The notes under the pieces are model-generated. The model was not told the DNA's origin. It searched no databases and was given only the letters and a program-made list of their open reading frames with translations. From contig NC_086097.1 of assembly GCF_963921235.1 (NCBI RefSeq), positions 217,250,001-217,314,000 on the forward strand: 64,000 nucleotides of DNA, written 5' to 3'. Shown piece after piece: positions 49,801 to 62,552 of this stretch (positions within the stretch are counted from its first letter, which is position 1; each line of letters starts with the position of its first letter). The stretch comes from Mobula hypostoma. Its lineage: Eukaryota. The translations under genes and the position numbers were made by a program.

Positions 49801-51110
49801 CTCTCCGAACCTCTTGTGGTAGAGGTGGACACATCTAACAAGTGTGCCGGGGCCATCTTCAAGGACCAGATGGAAAGACACACCCTTGTGCCTTCTCCTC
49901 AAGCAAGTTGAACTCTACACAGTGCCGTTATAGAATTGATAACAGGGAGTTACTCACCATTAATTTCACCTGGGCGGAATGGAGACATTGGCTGATGGGA
50001 ACACCGAGCACTTCCTGATCTGAACTGACCACCAGAACCTCATATCCATTTAGAAGACTGCCGGTTCAAACCATGTCAGAGTCGCTAGGCCCTCTTCTTC
50101 AAGTAATTCAACTTCCTCACCTCCTATCGACCAGGCTCCAAGAAAACCAAGGTGGACACTCTGTCATGACAGTTCAACCCAGCTGTAATGGAGACCAACC
50201 ATCAGCCCTTCTTTCCATCGTCCCAGATCTTCGCCCTGATCATCTGAGATCTTGGGAACCAGATCTGCCCGGCCCGACAGCACAAGCATGCTCTGGCTGA
50301 TACACCTGACAACTGCATGTATGTGCCAGCAGCCGTGTGCTCTGAGGCTCTCCCATGGGCACATTCCTCACCCCTCCCGGCCATCCAAGCTCATGACGCA
50401 CCCTGGATTTTCTGTAACACTGGTTCTGGAGGCCCACCATGACTGCAAATGTACGTCAGCTTGTCACTGCCTTCCCTCAATGTGCTCAGTCCAACTTCTC
50501 CAACCAGCTGCTGTCTGGGTTGGGTTCCTGTGGTTTACCAGTCCCTCATTGCCTGTGGTCCCACATTGCCATGGATTTCATCACAGGTTTGCCACCTTCC
50601 GATGTGACTATGACAGTAGTGGACCAGTTCTCCAAGGTGGTCCACTTCTCTGGCCTCCCCAAACTTCCATCAGCCTCTGAGACAGTGGACCTGGCTCTCC
50701 AACATGGACACTGTGTTGGACCAGGCCCCAGAATTCTTCTCAGGACACTGTATCGGACTGGGCCCCACAATTTGTCATCCACTTCTGGCGAGTCTTCTCT
50801 GCACCCCACTCAGCTTGTCCTATGGATATCATCTGCAGACGAACAGTCAATCAGAAAGAACCAGTCAGTGAGTGGAAAAGATACTGTGATGCTTCCCTGC
50901 CTCTAACCCTTCCACATGGAAGAACTATCTGCTTTGGGTTGAACTGTCCCACAATTCACACACCTCCTCTGCCATGGGTCTGTCACTCTTTAAAGTGCTT
51001 CATGGCTGCCAGTTCTCATCGTTCCGAACCGACGAGCCAACAACGGAGATCCTGTCTACCAGGGCCTTGGTCCACCACTGCCAGAATGTTTGGAAGAGGA
51101 TATGGAAGGC

Positions 51111-51686
51111 ATGTACGTGCAATTACGAAGACTACTTCCTTAGAAGTTTGCAAAGAGTCATCATGACGTCTAAAACTTTGACAAACTGTGTGGTGGAGAG
51201 TATATTGGCAAGCTGCATCAGTGCCGGGTGTGAAAACACCAGTGTCCTTGAACGAAAAATCCCACAAAAAGTCATGGATACGGCCCAGTCCATCACAGCT
51301 AACGCAGCACCCACCATCAGGGCTCCCAACACCCAGGACATGTTCTTTTCTCACTGCTGCCATCAGGAGGTTCAGGAGCCTCAGGACTCAAGTTCAGGAA
51401 CAGTTATAGCCCTTGAACCAGAGGGGATAATTTCACTCAACTTCACTCGCCCCATCACTGAACTGTTCCCATAACCTATGGACTCACTTTGAAGGACTCT
51501 TTATCTCATGTTCTCAATATTAATTGCTTATTTATTCGTTATTATTATTATTATTGTTGCAGTTTGTCTGCATCACTCTTCATTGCCTGGCTGTCTGCCC
51601 TGTTGGTGCAGTCTTTCATTGATTCTATTATGGTTATTGGATTTATTATGTCGGCAAAAAATGAATCTCAGGGTTGTATATGGTCT

Positions 51687-51738
<52 letters not shown>

Positions 51739-51766
51739 ATAATTTACATACCGTACTTTAAACTTT
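51111..51766 (+). mobile_element. Rex1/Babar 3' fragment nested in the Gypsy integrase
   Basis: LERKIPQKVMDTAQSIT motif; flanking GAAGGC duplication (51105-51110, 51767-51772). Confidence 0.8.
51689..51735. repeat. (CA)n microsatellite
   Basis: Perfect CA run of about 23 units. Confidence 0.98.
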
Positions 51767-52717
51767 GAAGGCTATCATAGCTGCCGATAGTGCTTACTGC
51801 TGCCAGGCCAGCTGTGGGCAGGACCCAGCCAGACTCCTCCAGCCTGGAGGTCATGTCTGGCTGTCCACCCAAATGTGCCTCTGCACACAATCTCCCACAA
51901 GCTACTGCTCTGATTCATCTTTCCCTTCAAGGTCACCCATCATATCAATCCAGTCACTTACCATCTCCAGCTGTCACTGTCCCTCTGGATCACACCTACC
52001 TTCAACATGTCCTGCCTCAAGACCATTGTCCATGGACCGCTGAACACACCTGAATTTGCACCTCCACCTCCGGAACCTAGAATGGTGGAAGGTGATCCAG
52101 TGTACATGGTTCGCCAGTTGATGGATTGACTTCCATCGTGGATGGGGTGTACAGTACCTGATCGACTGGGAAGGTACTGCCTAGAGGAGAGGTCTTGGGT
52201 GCCATCTGGTTTCATGTTGGAATATTAATCATCGATGAATTCCATCGGACCTATCTGGATCATCTTGGGCCATTGGGTGCCTGCCATAGGAGAGGAGGGG
52301 GTCCTGTCAGGCACCTCCCAGTCTCTACCTAGGTAACAGGAGTCACCTGCCACTCATTTCCATATCATCACCTGCAGCCTATTTAAACCGTGCTCTCATC
52401 CACAGTCCTTGTTCACCCATCAATTACATATTACTATTTAACTATTTATGGTTTTATTAATTTATTATTTATGGTGCAACTGTAACGAAAACCAATTTCC
52501 CCCGGGATCAATAAAGTATGACCATGACTATGACTATGACTACCAAACCAGCCAGCCTCAACCAATTGATCCTAGCCTTCAGTTACCTTGTTGCATTATT
52601 CAGTTAAGCGTCCATTCTTTCTTGTTATTTTGTAGTTTATTATTAAAATGATCACTCATTGCTAAATTATTTCTGCTGCCCTGCGTTTGGGTTAGGCCTC
52701 CTCTACATTTCCTGACA

Positions 52718-53030
52718 CTATCAACTTCTGCTTTAAATAAACCCAATGACTTGGCCTCCACAGACATCCGTGGTAATGAATTCCACAGATTAACCACCCT
52801 TTGGCTAAAGAAATTCCTCATAATCTCTGTTGCAAATGGACATCCGTCTATTCTGAGGCTGTTCCCTCTAGTCCTATACTCTCCCATTATCAGAAGCATC
52901 TTCTCCATGTCTTCCCTATCTAAATCTTTCAATATTTGATAGATTCCCTCTCATACTTTAAATTGGGATAACTACATCCCAAGAGCCATTAAATGCTCTT
53001 ACACATTTCTTTCACTCTTATCCCCGAAAA
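52718..53030 (-). mobile_element. CR1 fragment
   Basis: RTRGNSLRIDG…NFFSQRVVNLWNSLP. Confidence 0.8.
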
Positions 53031-53109
53031 CATTTTTACCAAGACTGCAAGAGTTCAAACAGGCTGCTCAACATGACCTTCCAAAGGCAGAAAGAAATGG
53101 GCATTTCTG

Positions 53110-53690
53110 TCATGTAATGATGCTGAAAATCTAATTCACACCTTTATTTTGAATAGACTGGATTAGTGCAATGCAGTTTTTACAGGCCTTCCAAAACAAT
53201 CTATTGATGAACTTCAACTCATTCAGAACACTGCTGGTAGAGTCTAACCTAAACCAGGATGAACAAACTTATCACTCCATACTAACTACTCTGCATTGTC
53301 TTCCTGTATCTTCTAGAATTAATTTTAAAATTCTCTTACATGTTTTTAAATGGTCTGGGATCAGAGTACATACAGACTCGCTTTTGTTCTGGAACTCTCA
53401 GGTTTTCATTCACCATTTTCTCTTAAATTTAACCAATCTCCCTCAAAAGGTATTCGGCAGTTCAGCTTTTTTTAAATTACGCTCCTAAGCAATGGAGCTC
53501 AATACCTAAAGCTATAATGGATGCAGACTCAGTTGACACTTTTAAATGTCAGCTCAAAATTTATTTGTTTAAATTTGCTTTTAAGTAACATCTTTTTGTC
53601 TTTTATTTTCATGTTTGCACTTTATTCCATTTTAAACAATTTGAACAATGTTGCTTGTATGACGTGCTCTATAAATGTTATTATTATTAA
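53110..53690 (+). mobile_element. L2 LINE 3' fragment
   Basis: LIHTFILNRLD.CNAVFTGLP…LQLIQNTA…LHCLPVSSRINFKILL is the L2 C-terminal signature; (TTA)n tail. Confidence 0.75.
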
Positions 53691-53974
53691 TAAATGCTGT
53701 ACTTGTTACCGGTACCCTCAAAACCCTAACTGAATACATTTTTAAAATGTGGATTTATACTCGAAGTTTCAAGAAATATGCAATTACTCATTAGCTAAAT
53801 AGAAACCCTGCTCTGTGTTTAGTTAATTAGAATTAACACAAATATCATCTATGAACCAGTCCAGATGAAGGGACTGCCCATTTCTCTCCTGAGGTGCACC
53901 CTGACTGCTGAGTTCCTGCAGCCTTTTGTGTGTTGATCCAGATTCCTGTATCTGCAATCTTTTGTGTCTCCAAA

Positions 53975-54255
53975 ACCATATAACAAACCATATAACAATT
54001 ACAGCACAGAAACAGGCCACCTCAGCCCTTCTAGTCTGTGCCGAACTCCTACCCTCACTTAGTCTCACCGACCTGCACTCGGTCCATAACCCTCCATTCC
54101 TTTCCTGTCCATATATCTATCCAATTTAACTTTAAATGACAACATCGAACCTGCCTCCACCACTTCTGCTGGAAGCTCGTTCCACACAGCCACCACTCTC
54201 TGAATAAAGAAGTTCCTCCTCATGTTACTCCTAAACTTTTGCCCTTTAACTCTCA
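53975..54255 (-). mobile_element. CR1 3' fragment
   Basis: RNFFIQRVVAVWNELPAEVVEAGS…LDRYM and a CR1 tail. Confidence 0.85.
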
Positions 54256-54859
54256 AAACAAGTAGAACAACAGATTCCATTCGATTACAAATACTTTACT
54301 GCGATCTTTCTCAGGTATAAATTTTACTAATTCTCCATATGGTCAAAAATTGCAACCAATTTATGTTAAGTTTATATTCAGGGCTTTCATACCAGTGAGA
54401 ATAGAGGTTAATTCCACCTTGATAAATTCAGGGCAAGCATTGAATTGGGAAAGGGCTGTCAAACAAGCAAGCCCTGTGCCGGTGAAAGAAGCTGCCAATC
54501 TAATCCTACCCCCAGAGACTGAGAGCAGCCCTACCACCAGGCATGGTTATTTGAGAACAAGACTGTAATTTGGGAATAGCAATCATCATTCAAAAGCTAC
54601 AATAGCTATGTGCGGAACAAAGCTAGTCTGATAGTCTGTTCCAAGATATGCAACTGACGTGTTTTAGATTTATTGCACCCTGCTTTGCATGTGATTGAGT
54701 AAACAATCAGAACCATTTAAGATGATTGCTCACAGTTACTTTTCTTAACAAAGAACAGTCCCAACCTCCCGTAGCATTCCCAGTCATTTAGCACAAAAGC
54801 ACTTCAAAAACACAGGAGCAGGAAAATAGAAACAATGGTTGTCGAGAAAGTAAGTGGAG

Positions 54860-56345
54860 CAAACGTGCACCAATGGAACAGTAATGAGAGGGTGATCAGT
54901 TTTAAGATCCTGGACAACATATTGTACGAGCAGTCCTTGGCCCAGAACATACACGCAATTACACGGAAGGCCTTCCAATGTTTTCATTTTCTTAGTAGAT
55001 TGTGGATGTTCGGCATGTCTCCAAGCACTGCGACAAACTTCTCCAGATGTACTGTTGAAAGTGTCCTGACTGCTTCATGGTCTAGTAGAGCAATTCAAAT
55101 GCACAGTAAGAAGCCGCAGACAGCAGTGGACTCAGCCCAGTGCATCATAGGCGCATTCTTACCCCTCCACCCAGGCCATGCTCTCTTCTCACTGCCACCA
55201 ACAGCAAGAAGGTACAGGAGCTTTAGGTCCCACACCACCAGATTCAGGAGCAGCTCAACCATCAGGCTCCTGAACTAGCATTGATAACTTCACTCACCTT
55301 GACACTGAGGTGATCCCACAACCTACGGACTCACTTTCGAGGACCCAACAACTCATGTTCTCAGTATTATTTATTTACTTACTTACTTGTTTTGTTTTAA
55401 TTTACTCTGTTTGTTTTCTTTTGCACATTGGTTGTTTGTCAGTATTTGTTGGTGCGTAATTTTTCATTGATTCTATTGTATTGCTTTTTTCTGCTGTGAA
55501 TGTGTGCAAAAATTAATCTCATATACATGTACATATATACATGATGGCATATATGTACTTCAATAATAAATTTACTTTGAAATTTGAACTTTGAACCATC
55601 AAAATTATCTCTATAACAGGTACCGCCTCAAGAAGGCAGCACCTATCAGCAAAGATCCTCACCCTCTTCTTGCAATTACCATCAGGCAGCAGGCAGAGAA
55701 CCCTGATGTCCCACACCACCAGGGTCAAGAACAGATACTAGCTTTCAACCATTCATTTCGCAAACCAACCTGTACAACCCTAATCACTGCCTCAGTATGG
55801 CAACACTATAACTACTATAACCACGACAATGGGCCTTTGTTCTGATTGTGTTCGTTCTTGTATCGTTTTGCATAATTTATCTCCTTCTTGAGAATGTTGT
55901 GTCTCTTATGCTAACCTTCCAAAATATATCCTACACAATCATAAAGCTCACCAATGCCTCTAGTTTCTGAGGAAGCTGAAGAGAGCTGGACGAGACACAT
56001 CCATGCTCACGGATGCGGAGTAGAAAGGATCCTAACAAACTGCACCACTGCATGATACAGAAGCTGTACAGGAAGGCTCTACAACAGGTAGTCAAAACTG
56101 CCCAGTACATCACCGACACCAGCCTACCCACCATTAAGGACATACATACAGAAAGCTGCCAAAAGAGGGCCAGTAACACCAAGAAGGATCTCACCTACCC
56201 TGCTCACGGACTGTGTGTCTCACTCCTATCAGGGAGGAGACTATGTAACATCTACACCAAGACCACCAAACTCAAAATCAGTTACTTCCCCAAATAGTGA
56301 GGCTGATCAACACCTCCACTGACTAACCCACCCCTCCGCACTCCC
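54860..56345 (+). mobile_element. Tandem Rex1/Babar 3' fragments
   Basis: TVESVLT…HPGHALFSLPP.ARRYRS…TTRF and RKALQQVVKTAQYIT motifs, with a TTTGAACTTTGAA tail. Confidence 0.75.
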
Positions 56346-56439
56346 CAGCAGCACTACTCAAAAACTCATGATGGCACCCTTAAGTGGCGACTCTTTGCGC
56401 GCAGCTCCGACAGGAATCATCAGATATTCCTGTTCAGGA

Positions 56440-58810
56440 TGACTACAGCTCAAGTCCACAGTTACAACCATGGGTACTTCAGTAAGCAACATTGTTTAAA
56501 GATGTTTTTAAAAAACCTATCGATCCTCAAAATCAGCGGACCCTGGACAGCAGACTCAGATCACAAGTGCAGTTCCCCTTTCAGAAAACAGAAACGAGGA
56601 AGGCGCCTGTCTGCATGTACACTTGAAATACAGAGCCCTGAGACCCCCACTCCTACTACTATCCTGCTGGCGAACGTTCAGTCTCTAGAAAACAAAACTG
56701 AAGACCTCAGAGCAAGGCTGTAGTACCAGAAGGAAATCAGGGACTCCTGTGTACTTTACTTCATGGAAACATGGCTAACCGCCCCCCCCCCCACATTTTG
56801 GAGGCAGTACTGTAGCCTCATGGCTTCACCACTCACCATTAGTTGAGTCTTTTAAAGGTAGAGAAGGGGGAGTATGCTTCATGATTAACTCACTATGGTG
56901 CACAGACATGACAGTCAGTCTCAGCCAAGCTCGCCTGATCTAGAATATCTAGTGTTTAAATGTCATTCATTTTACCTGGCGAGGGATTTTTTTGCCATCA
57001 TCCTGGTGGCGGTGTATATTCCACCTCAGGCCGACGTCAGGAAGGCACTGGAGGATCTGAGCAATGTGATCAGCAGGCGGGAAACTGTGCTCCATGATGC
57101 TTTCCCTATCATTGCAGGGTATTCCAGCCAGGCCAGCTTGAAGAAATCTCTGAGTAACTATCACCAACATATCACCTGAGGTAACCCAAGGAGCCAACAC
57201 ACTTGGCCGCTGTTAAATCACCATCAGGAACGCGTACCAAGCCATCCCACACCCACACCTTGGAAAGTCCGGTCATCTGGCTGTACTTCAACTCCTAGTG
57301 TACAGGCAGAGACTGCAACAGCAGTGGTGAGGACCAAGAAGAGGGTCAAGGAAGGCAGAGGAGCGCTTACAGGACTGCTTTGAGTCAGTAGACTGGACAA
57401 GATTCAGGGACTCATCTTCAAATCTGAATGAGTACAGCACAGACTTCATCAAGACCTTTGTGGGTGAGTGTGTGCCTTTGAGAACAAACTGACTGTACCC
57501 AAACCAAAAGCTATAGATAAACCAAGCTATTCGTAGTCCCATGAGGACTAGATCTGTGGCATTCAAGACCCATTATCCGGAACGATACAAGAATTCCAGT
57601 TACGACCTACAGAAAGCCATTTGAAGAGCAAAGAAACAAATTCATTTGAAGTTAGAGATGGAATTGGCTGCACGGCAGCTCTGGCAGGGTTTGCAGGTCG
57701 TTATTTCCTATAGGGAGAAACTTAACATTATGAATGGCTGTGATGAACTCCCAGGTTAGCTCAGCACCTTTTAAGCGCACTTTGCAAGGGAGAATAAAAC
57801 TACACCCAAATAAGTCTTTGAAATCTCTGTCTGAGAGGCCAACATCAGAACATCATTCCTGAGGGTGAACCCTCACAAACTGTTAGGCCCTGATGGTGTA
57901 TCTTGGAGGGCTCTGTGCCAACTAGCTGGCGTGAGTGTTCAAGGACATCTTCAATCTCTCACTGCTGCAGTCAGAGATTCCCACCTGCTTCAAACAATCA
58001 ATGATCATAATGGTGCCCAAGAAGAGCAGGGTGAGCAAGCTTAATGACTATCACCCAGCGGCACTCACATCTACTGTGATGAAACGCTTTGAGAGGTTGG
58101 TCATGGCCAGAATCAATTCTTGCCTAAGCAAGGACCTGGACCCACAGCAACTTGCCTATCGCCACAATAGGTCTACAGAAGATGCAATCTTATTGGCTCT
58201 CCACTTGGCCTTGGATCAGCTGGACAATACTAATACCTACATCAGGCTGCTGGTTATTGATTGAAGCTCAGCGTTCAACACTATGTCACCCTCAGTTCTA
58301 ACAGGCTCCTACACCTGGGCCTCTGTACCTCCCTTTGCAACTGGATCCTTGACGGGCTCATAGGGAAACCACAGTCAGTGCAGATCAGAAATAACATCTC
58401 CTTGCTCACAATCAGCACTGGTGCACCTCAAGGATATGTGCTTAGCCCACTGCTCTACTCTCTCTACACCCACGACTGTGTGGCTAGGCACAGCTCAAAC
58501 ACCATCTATAGATTTGCTGATGACACAACTATTGTTAGAAGAATTTCAGATAGTGACAAGAAGGCGTACAGGAGTAAGATAGATCAGCTAGTGGAGTCAC
58601 AACAGCAGCCTTGCAATCAACATCAGTAAGACCGAGGAACTGATTGTGGACTGCAAGAAGGGGAAGTTGAGGGAACACACAAGAGTCCTCATCAAGGGAT
58701 CAGCTGTGGAAAAGATGAGCAGTTTCAAGTTACTGCGAATCAACATCTCTGAAGATCTATCCTGGGCAATTACATTGATTATATTGATGCAATTACAAAG
58801 GCATAACATT
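56440..58810 (+). mobile_element. Rex1/Babar LINE, long degenerate copy (endonuclease plus RT)
   Basis: ILLANVQSLENK, VAVYIPPQA, FKDIFNLSL…[49 protein letters not shown]. Confidence 0.9.
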
Positions 58811-58954
58811 GGACACCACAAACAAGAGAAAATCTGCAGAAGCTGGAAATCCAAGCAACATACACAAAATACAGGAGGAACTCTGCAGGTCAGGCAGCAT
58901 CTATGGAAAAGAGTACAGTCGACGTATTGGGCCGAGACCCTTCATCTGGTTAAC

Positions 58955-59995
58955 GACAATACAGTTGACTTTGAGGAGTCCAAGCCTGCTCTGCCATTTA
59001 CTATGACTATGGCTGATCAATGCAGGCCTCAACTCCTCTTCTGTGCTACTTCTCCATATACTCTTGTTCATTGATCTGTCAACAATTTGTCCAGTTTAAC
59101 TTTAAATACTTCTAATGATCCAACTTCCACCATCCATCAGAGTAGTGAATTCCAGACATTTAAAACTTCAGCTTTAAATGACCAGCCCCTTATCTGGTAG
59201 TTATGTCCCTTGTTCGAGACTCTCCCACTAGTGGAACCATCTGATCACCTATCCTGTCAAGCCACCTTTGGATCTTTTATGTTTCAATAATTCTTCCAAG
59301 CCCCAAAGATTACAGACCTAAACTGGGACACAGAGATTCTACAGGTGCAAAGAACATGAACTCAGCAGGTCAGGCAGCATCTATGGAGAGGAATAAAGAG
59401 TTGACTTTTCAGGCCAAGACCCTTCATCAGGACTAGAGGACTATTTAGTCTCTCTTTGTAAGACAAGCCCCCATCCCAGGAATTATTTAGAACATCTTTA
59501 TTCTGCTTCCACTGTTGGTATTCTTTTTAAGGTAGGGGACCAACCCAGTACACAGTATTGCAGCACTTTATACAATTGAACAAAAGCTTCTGATTTGTAA
59601 ACTCCAACGTTGTTTCAATGAAGCCCAACATGCCATTTGCCTTCTTAATTACTTGTTAGACCTGCCAACTGGCTTTCTGTGATTCATGCACTAGTATACC
59701 TTGATCCCTCTGTACTTCCCTCACTTGCAATCTTTCTCCATTTTGGATTTCTCTTACCAAATTGCATGACCTCATTTGTCAGTCTTTTGCCTCCTCACTC
59801 AACCTGCAGAACCACAGTGTCCTTATTACAACACACCCTTGCAACTATTTTCAAATCATCGGCAAATTTAGAAACCTTACATCCTGTTCCTTCCTCCAGG
59901 TCATTAATGTAAGTAGTGATCAACTGCCAGCTAAGAACTAATCCCTCTGGTACTCTGCTGGTTACCCTCTTTCAGTAAGAAAAAGACCCATGTAT
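58955..59995 (-). mobile_element. Old CR1 fragment with a nested Penelope terminus (~59325-59435)
   Basis: Reverse-strand KFADD-like motif (AAATTTGCCGATGAT, ~59855-59870) and C-terminal remnants; hammerhead core at 59399-59434 (minus). Confidence 0.7.
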
Positions 59996-61130
59996 TACAG
60001 CTCCAGCAGCAGCACCACTTACTATATATCGGCTGATAATTAGAGATTGCATTTTCAACATAGCTACAACAGAAACTGTTTGCATGAATTCATCTACATT
60101 ACAACAATTACATCACAGCATTTCTTTGTGTGTGAAATGCTTTTGGATGTTCATAAGGTCATGTTTTAACCTGCCCTGGCTTCCCTTTTGTGATATCATA
60201 TGAATTCAGATGAGAAAGGTTAGAATCCTTGTAATATCCAACAAGTGTATGCAAGCATGAAGGAACAGCCATTAGAGACAGAGATGAGAATGCAGCTTGG
60301 CCAGAGGCCACACAGATGGAACACAAAGCATACAGTAAGTGGCGTAGAAGGATGGAAAATTGACTGTATCAAACACTGAAGAGAAGCAGAGCTTCATAGC
60401 TGAGGTCACACGTAATATTGTTGCTGACTTTGGCAGGGGAGGCCCTGTGCTAAATTGGAGAGAAACAACCGGAGGGAACCAGACAGTAAATCTATGAGGT
60501 TGAATCGCGCAAAGTAATCATGAAACTTCAGCAGGACTGAGCAGTAGCTGAAGAGATCAACATTTTGAAATCGGCCATTTTAAAATCTGAAACTCTTGCA
60601 GACAATGTTACAAAGAGGAATTGCTTAAAGAAGAAAGGAAAACAAAAATGGATGATAGCAAGTTGGATTGTGGTGGTTGATTCTGAAAAGGGTTGACAAA
60701 GTAGATGCTGGGATAATGTTGCACTTGGCTGAACTAAATAGAGTCAGTCTCAAAATAAGGGATTAGTAAAGAATCTTCAAAACCCTCTACCAAAGAAATT
60801 TGTGGGGGCTCTGTAAATGACAGAGATTGATATTAAAGAATTCAGCAGGGAAATGGAAAGGAAGCAAAAGGCCATGAGGGAATAGCATGGAAGAAGTTAG
60901 GAATGAAGCAATGAGATAGAAACGACAGTGCATTTAAGGTCAGTCTTGCGCTAACAGAAGTGGAAAGATGGGTGGCTTGCATGAAAATAGTAAAATTTAC
61001 ATTTGTGTGAAAAGATACAGAAAGAAGATATTTTTCATCAAGATGATATTTAAAAATGAGCTCATGACAAGAATTTCATATCAAAGAACGTGTTGTGGCA
61101 TCAGTATGTCCATAAACACTCCATTGGCAT

Positions 61131-61242
61131 GAAACGTTTCAGTTAGTCCTGACGAAGGGTCTCGGCCTGAAACGTCGACTGTACCTCTTCCTAGAGATGC
61201 TGCCTGGCCTGCTGCGTTCACCAGCAACTTCGATGTGCGTTG
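61131..61242 (+). mobile_element. Penelope terminal fragment with intact hammerhead
   Basis: 8-bp TSD ATTGGCAT (61123-61130, 61243-61250); hammerhead at 61145-61180. Confidence 0.88.
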
Positions 61243-62552
61243 ATTGGCATTTATATTTGCATTTTGTTGTGGAAATGCAGGAATTATTTCCTGCTACAAT
61301 ATTAAGTCTTTCTACTTTCTAAATTGTGTCAAAATTGACGCAGTGATAATACAGTATGAAAATTAAATAACAAACTTATCAGTCAAATCATACCAGTCTG
61401 GTTTTAATTGTAAATGCAATTCCTTAACTTATTGACAAAACCCAGTTACAGAGAATAAGGTTTTAATATGTTAGGGAGTTTAGCTATTGTTCATCCAATT
61501 GATGAACTTATTTTAAATATGCTTAGAAAACAATTTCAGTTCAGTGGTGAAGTCACTTCAAACTCAACCTGCCTTTCAGACATTCATATTTACATAGCAA
61601 CAAACCACAAACTTGGATGAAGTCACCCTAACCACTACCTAAGCCCTGATTCAAAAAGCTTTCCCAAAAGATGAATCCTATTTTGTCTCGTTTCTCTGAC
61701 TTCACCCAGAGTTTACTGCAGCTGAAATGAATGAACTGCCTAAAGCTAAGAGGGAACAGTATACTCGTTCAAAAAATTAATCAGGAATTTTTGCTTTCCC
61801 GCCAAATAAAAGATAGGAGCAGACTTTTACGAGTGTCCCTCTTGTCACCTTGGTAATTGATTCCCATCTGGTGTCTGACATACACAAAAGCTAGTGGTGT
61901 ACCAGAAACAGGAGGCATTCGAGCAAAACCCATTTATAGAACTGCCCTACCACATGCTGTTCTGGCCCTTAGTATTGATTTCATTAATTTGTAGATACTC
62001 AAGCTAAGAATTTATACTCCTGCTCGACTGACACTTTGTCCTCTAGTCCCTTTATTCATATACCCAAGTAACATAGCAAACTTTATTTCATGATTTTACC
62101 TGCACAACAGTTTGCCTGCAAGTGGGTCAACAATAAAAGCCTATTGTTTAACTCACTTGCTGCCAGTGCATTTGGTCATTTCCTGGCCTGAAGCAAGCTG
62201 TCTGGTTCATTAATATCACAGAGAAGATGCATTTTTCTGATGTGACCTAACTTCCTCTCAAGCCAACCACTTTCACTGCTCCCCATGCCTAAATGTACTT
62301 TATAAATTATGTTTCCAGAACAATCTTCTATTCATAGTTACAACAGTTCATCACCATCGCGGTTTGTTCCGAAGCAACATTGAGTTATGATGCTATGACT
62401 CAACTCCGGCCTGTGCGCTGACTTTTGAAGAACGTAGCTCTTACAAATGTTTGTACCATTATTAACTTTTTTGCAATTTGTTTTTCTGATTTTAAGCACC
62501 TATCTGCATATCCAATTTTTCCAGCTGTTCAACCCAAACTGATAAATTAATA

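Larger units (their letters stand above)
49030..52716 (+). mobile_element. Degenerate chromoviral Gypsy (Sushi-like): RT, RNase H, integrase, chromodomain, 3' LTR
   Basis: DRYPFP, SNSPAVFQAFI…FVYLGDILIFS (YLDD mutated), [28 protein letters not shown], chromodomain-like QYLIDWEG…EERSWVP at ~52150-52205, purine tract at ~52288-52301, LTR TGTCA…TGACA at ~52305-52716. Confidence 0.88.

Noticed and set aside
3705..61242. Recurring short ORFs (SPDEGSRPETST / MLVNAAGQAAS) and dispersed near-identical repeats, as a gene family or CRISPR-like array
   Set aside because: They are translations of the non-coding Penelope terminus and hammerhead. The repeats are dispersed in both orientations with TSDs, not regularly spaced, and the DNA is vertebrate.
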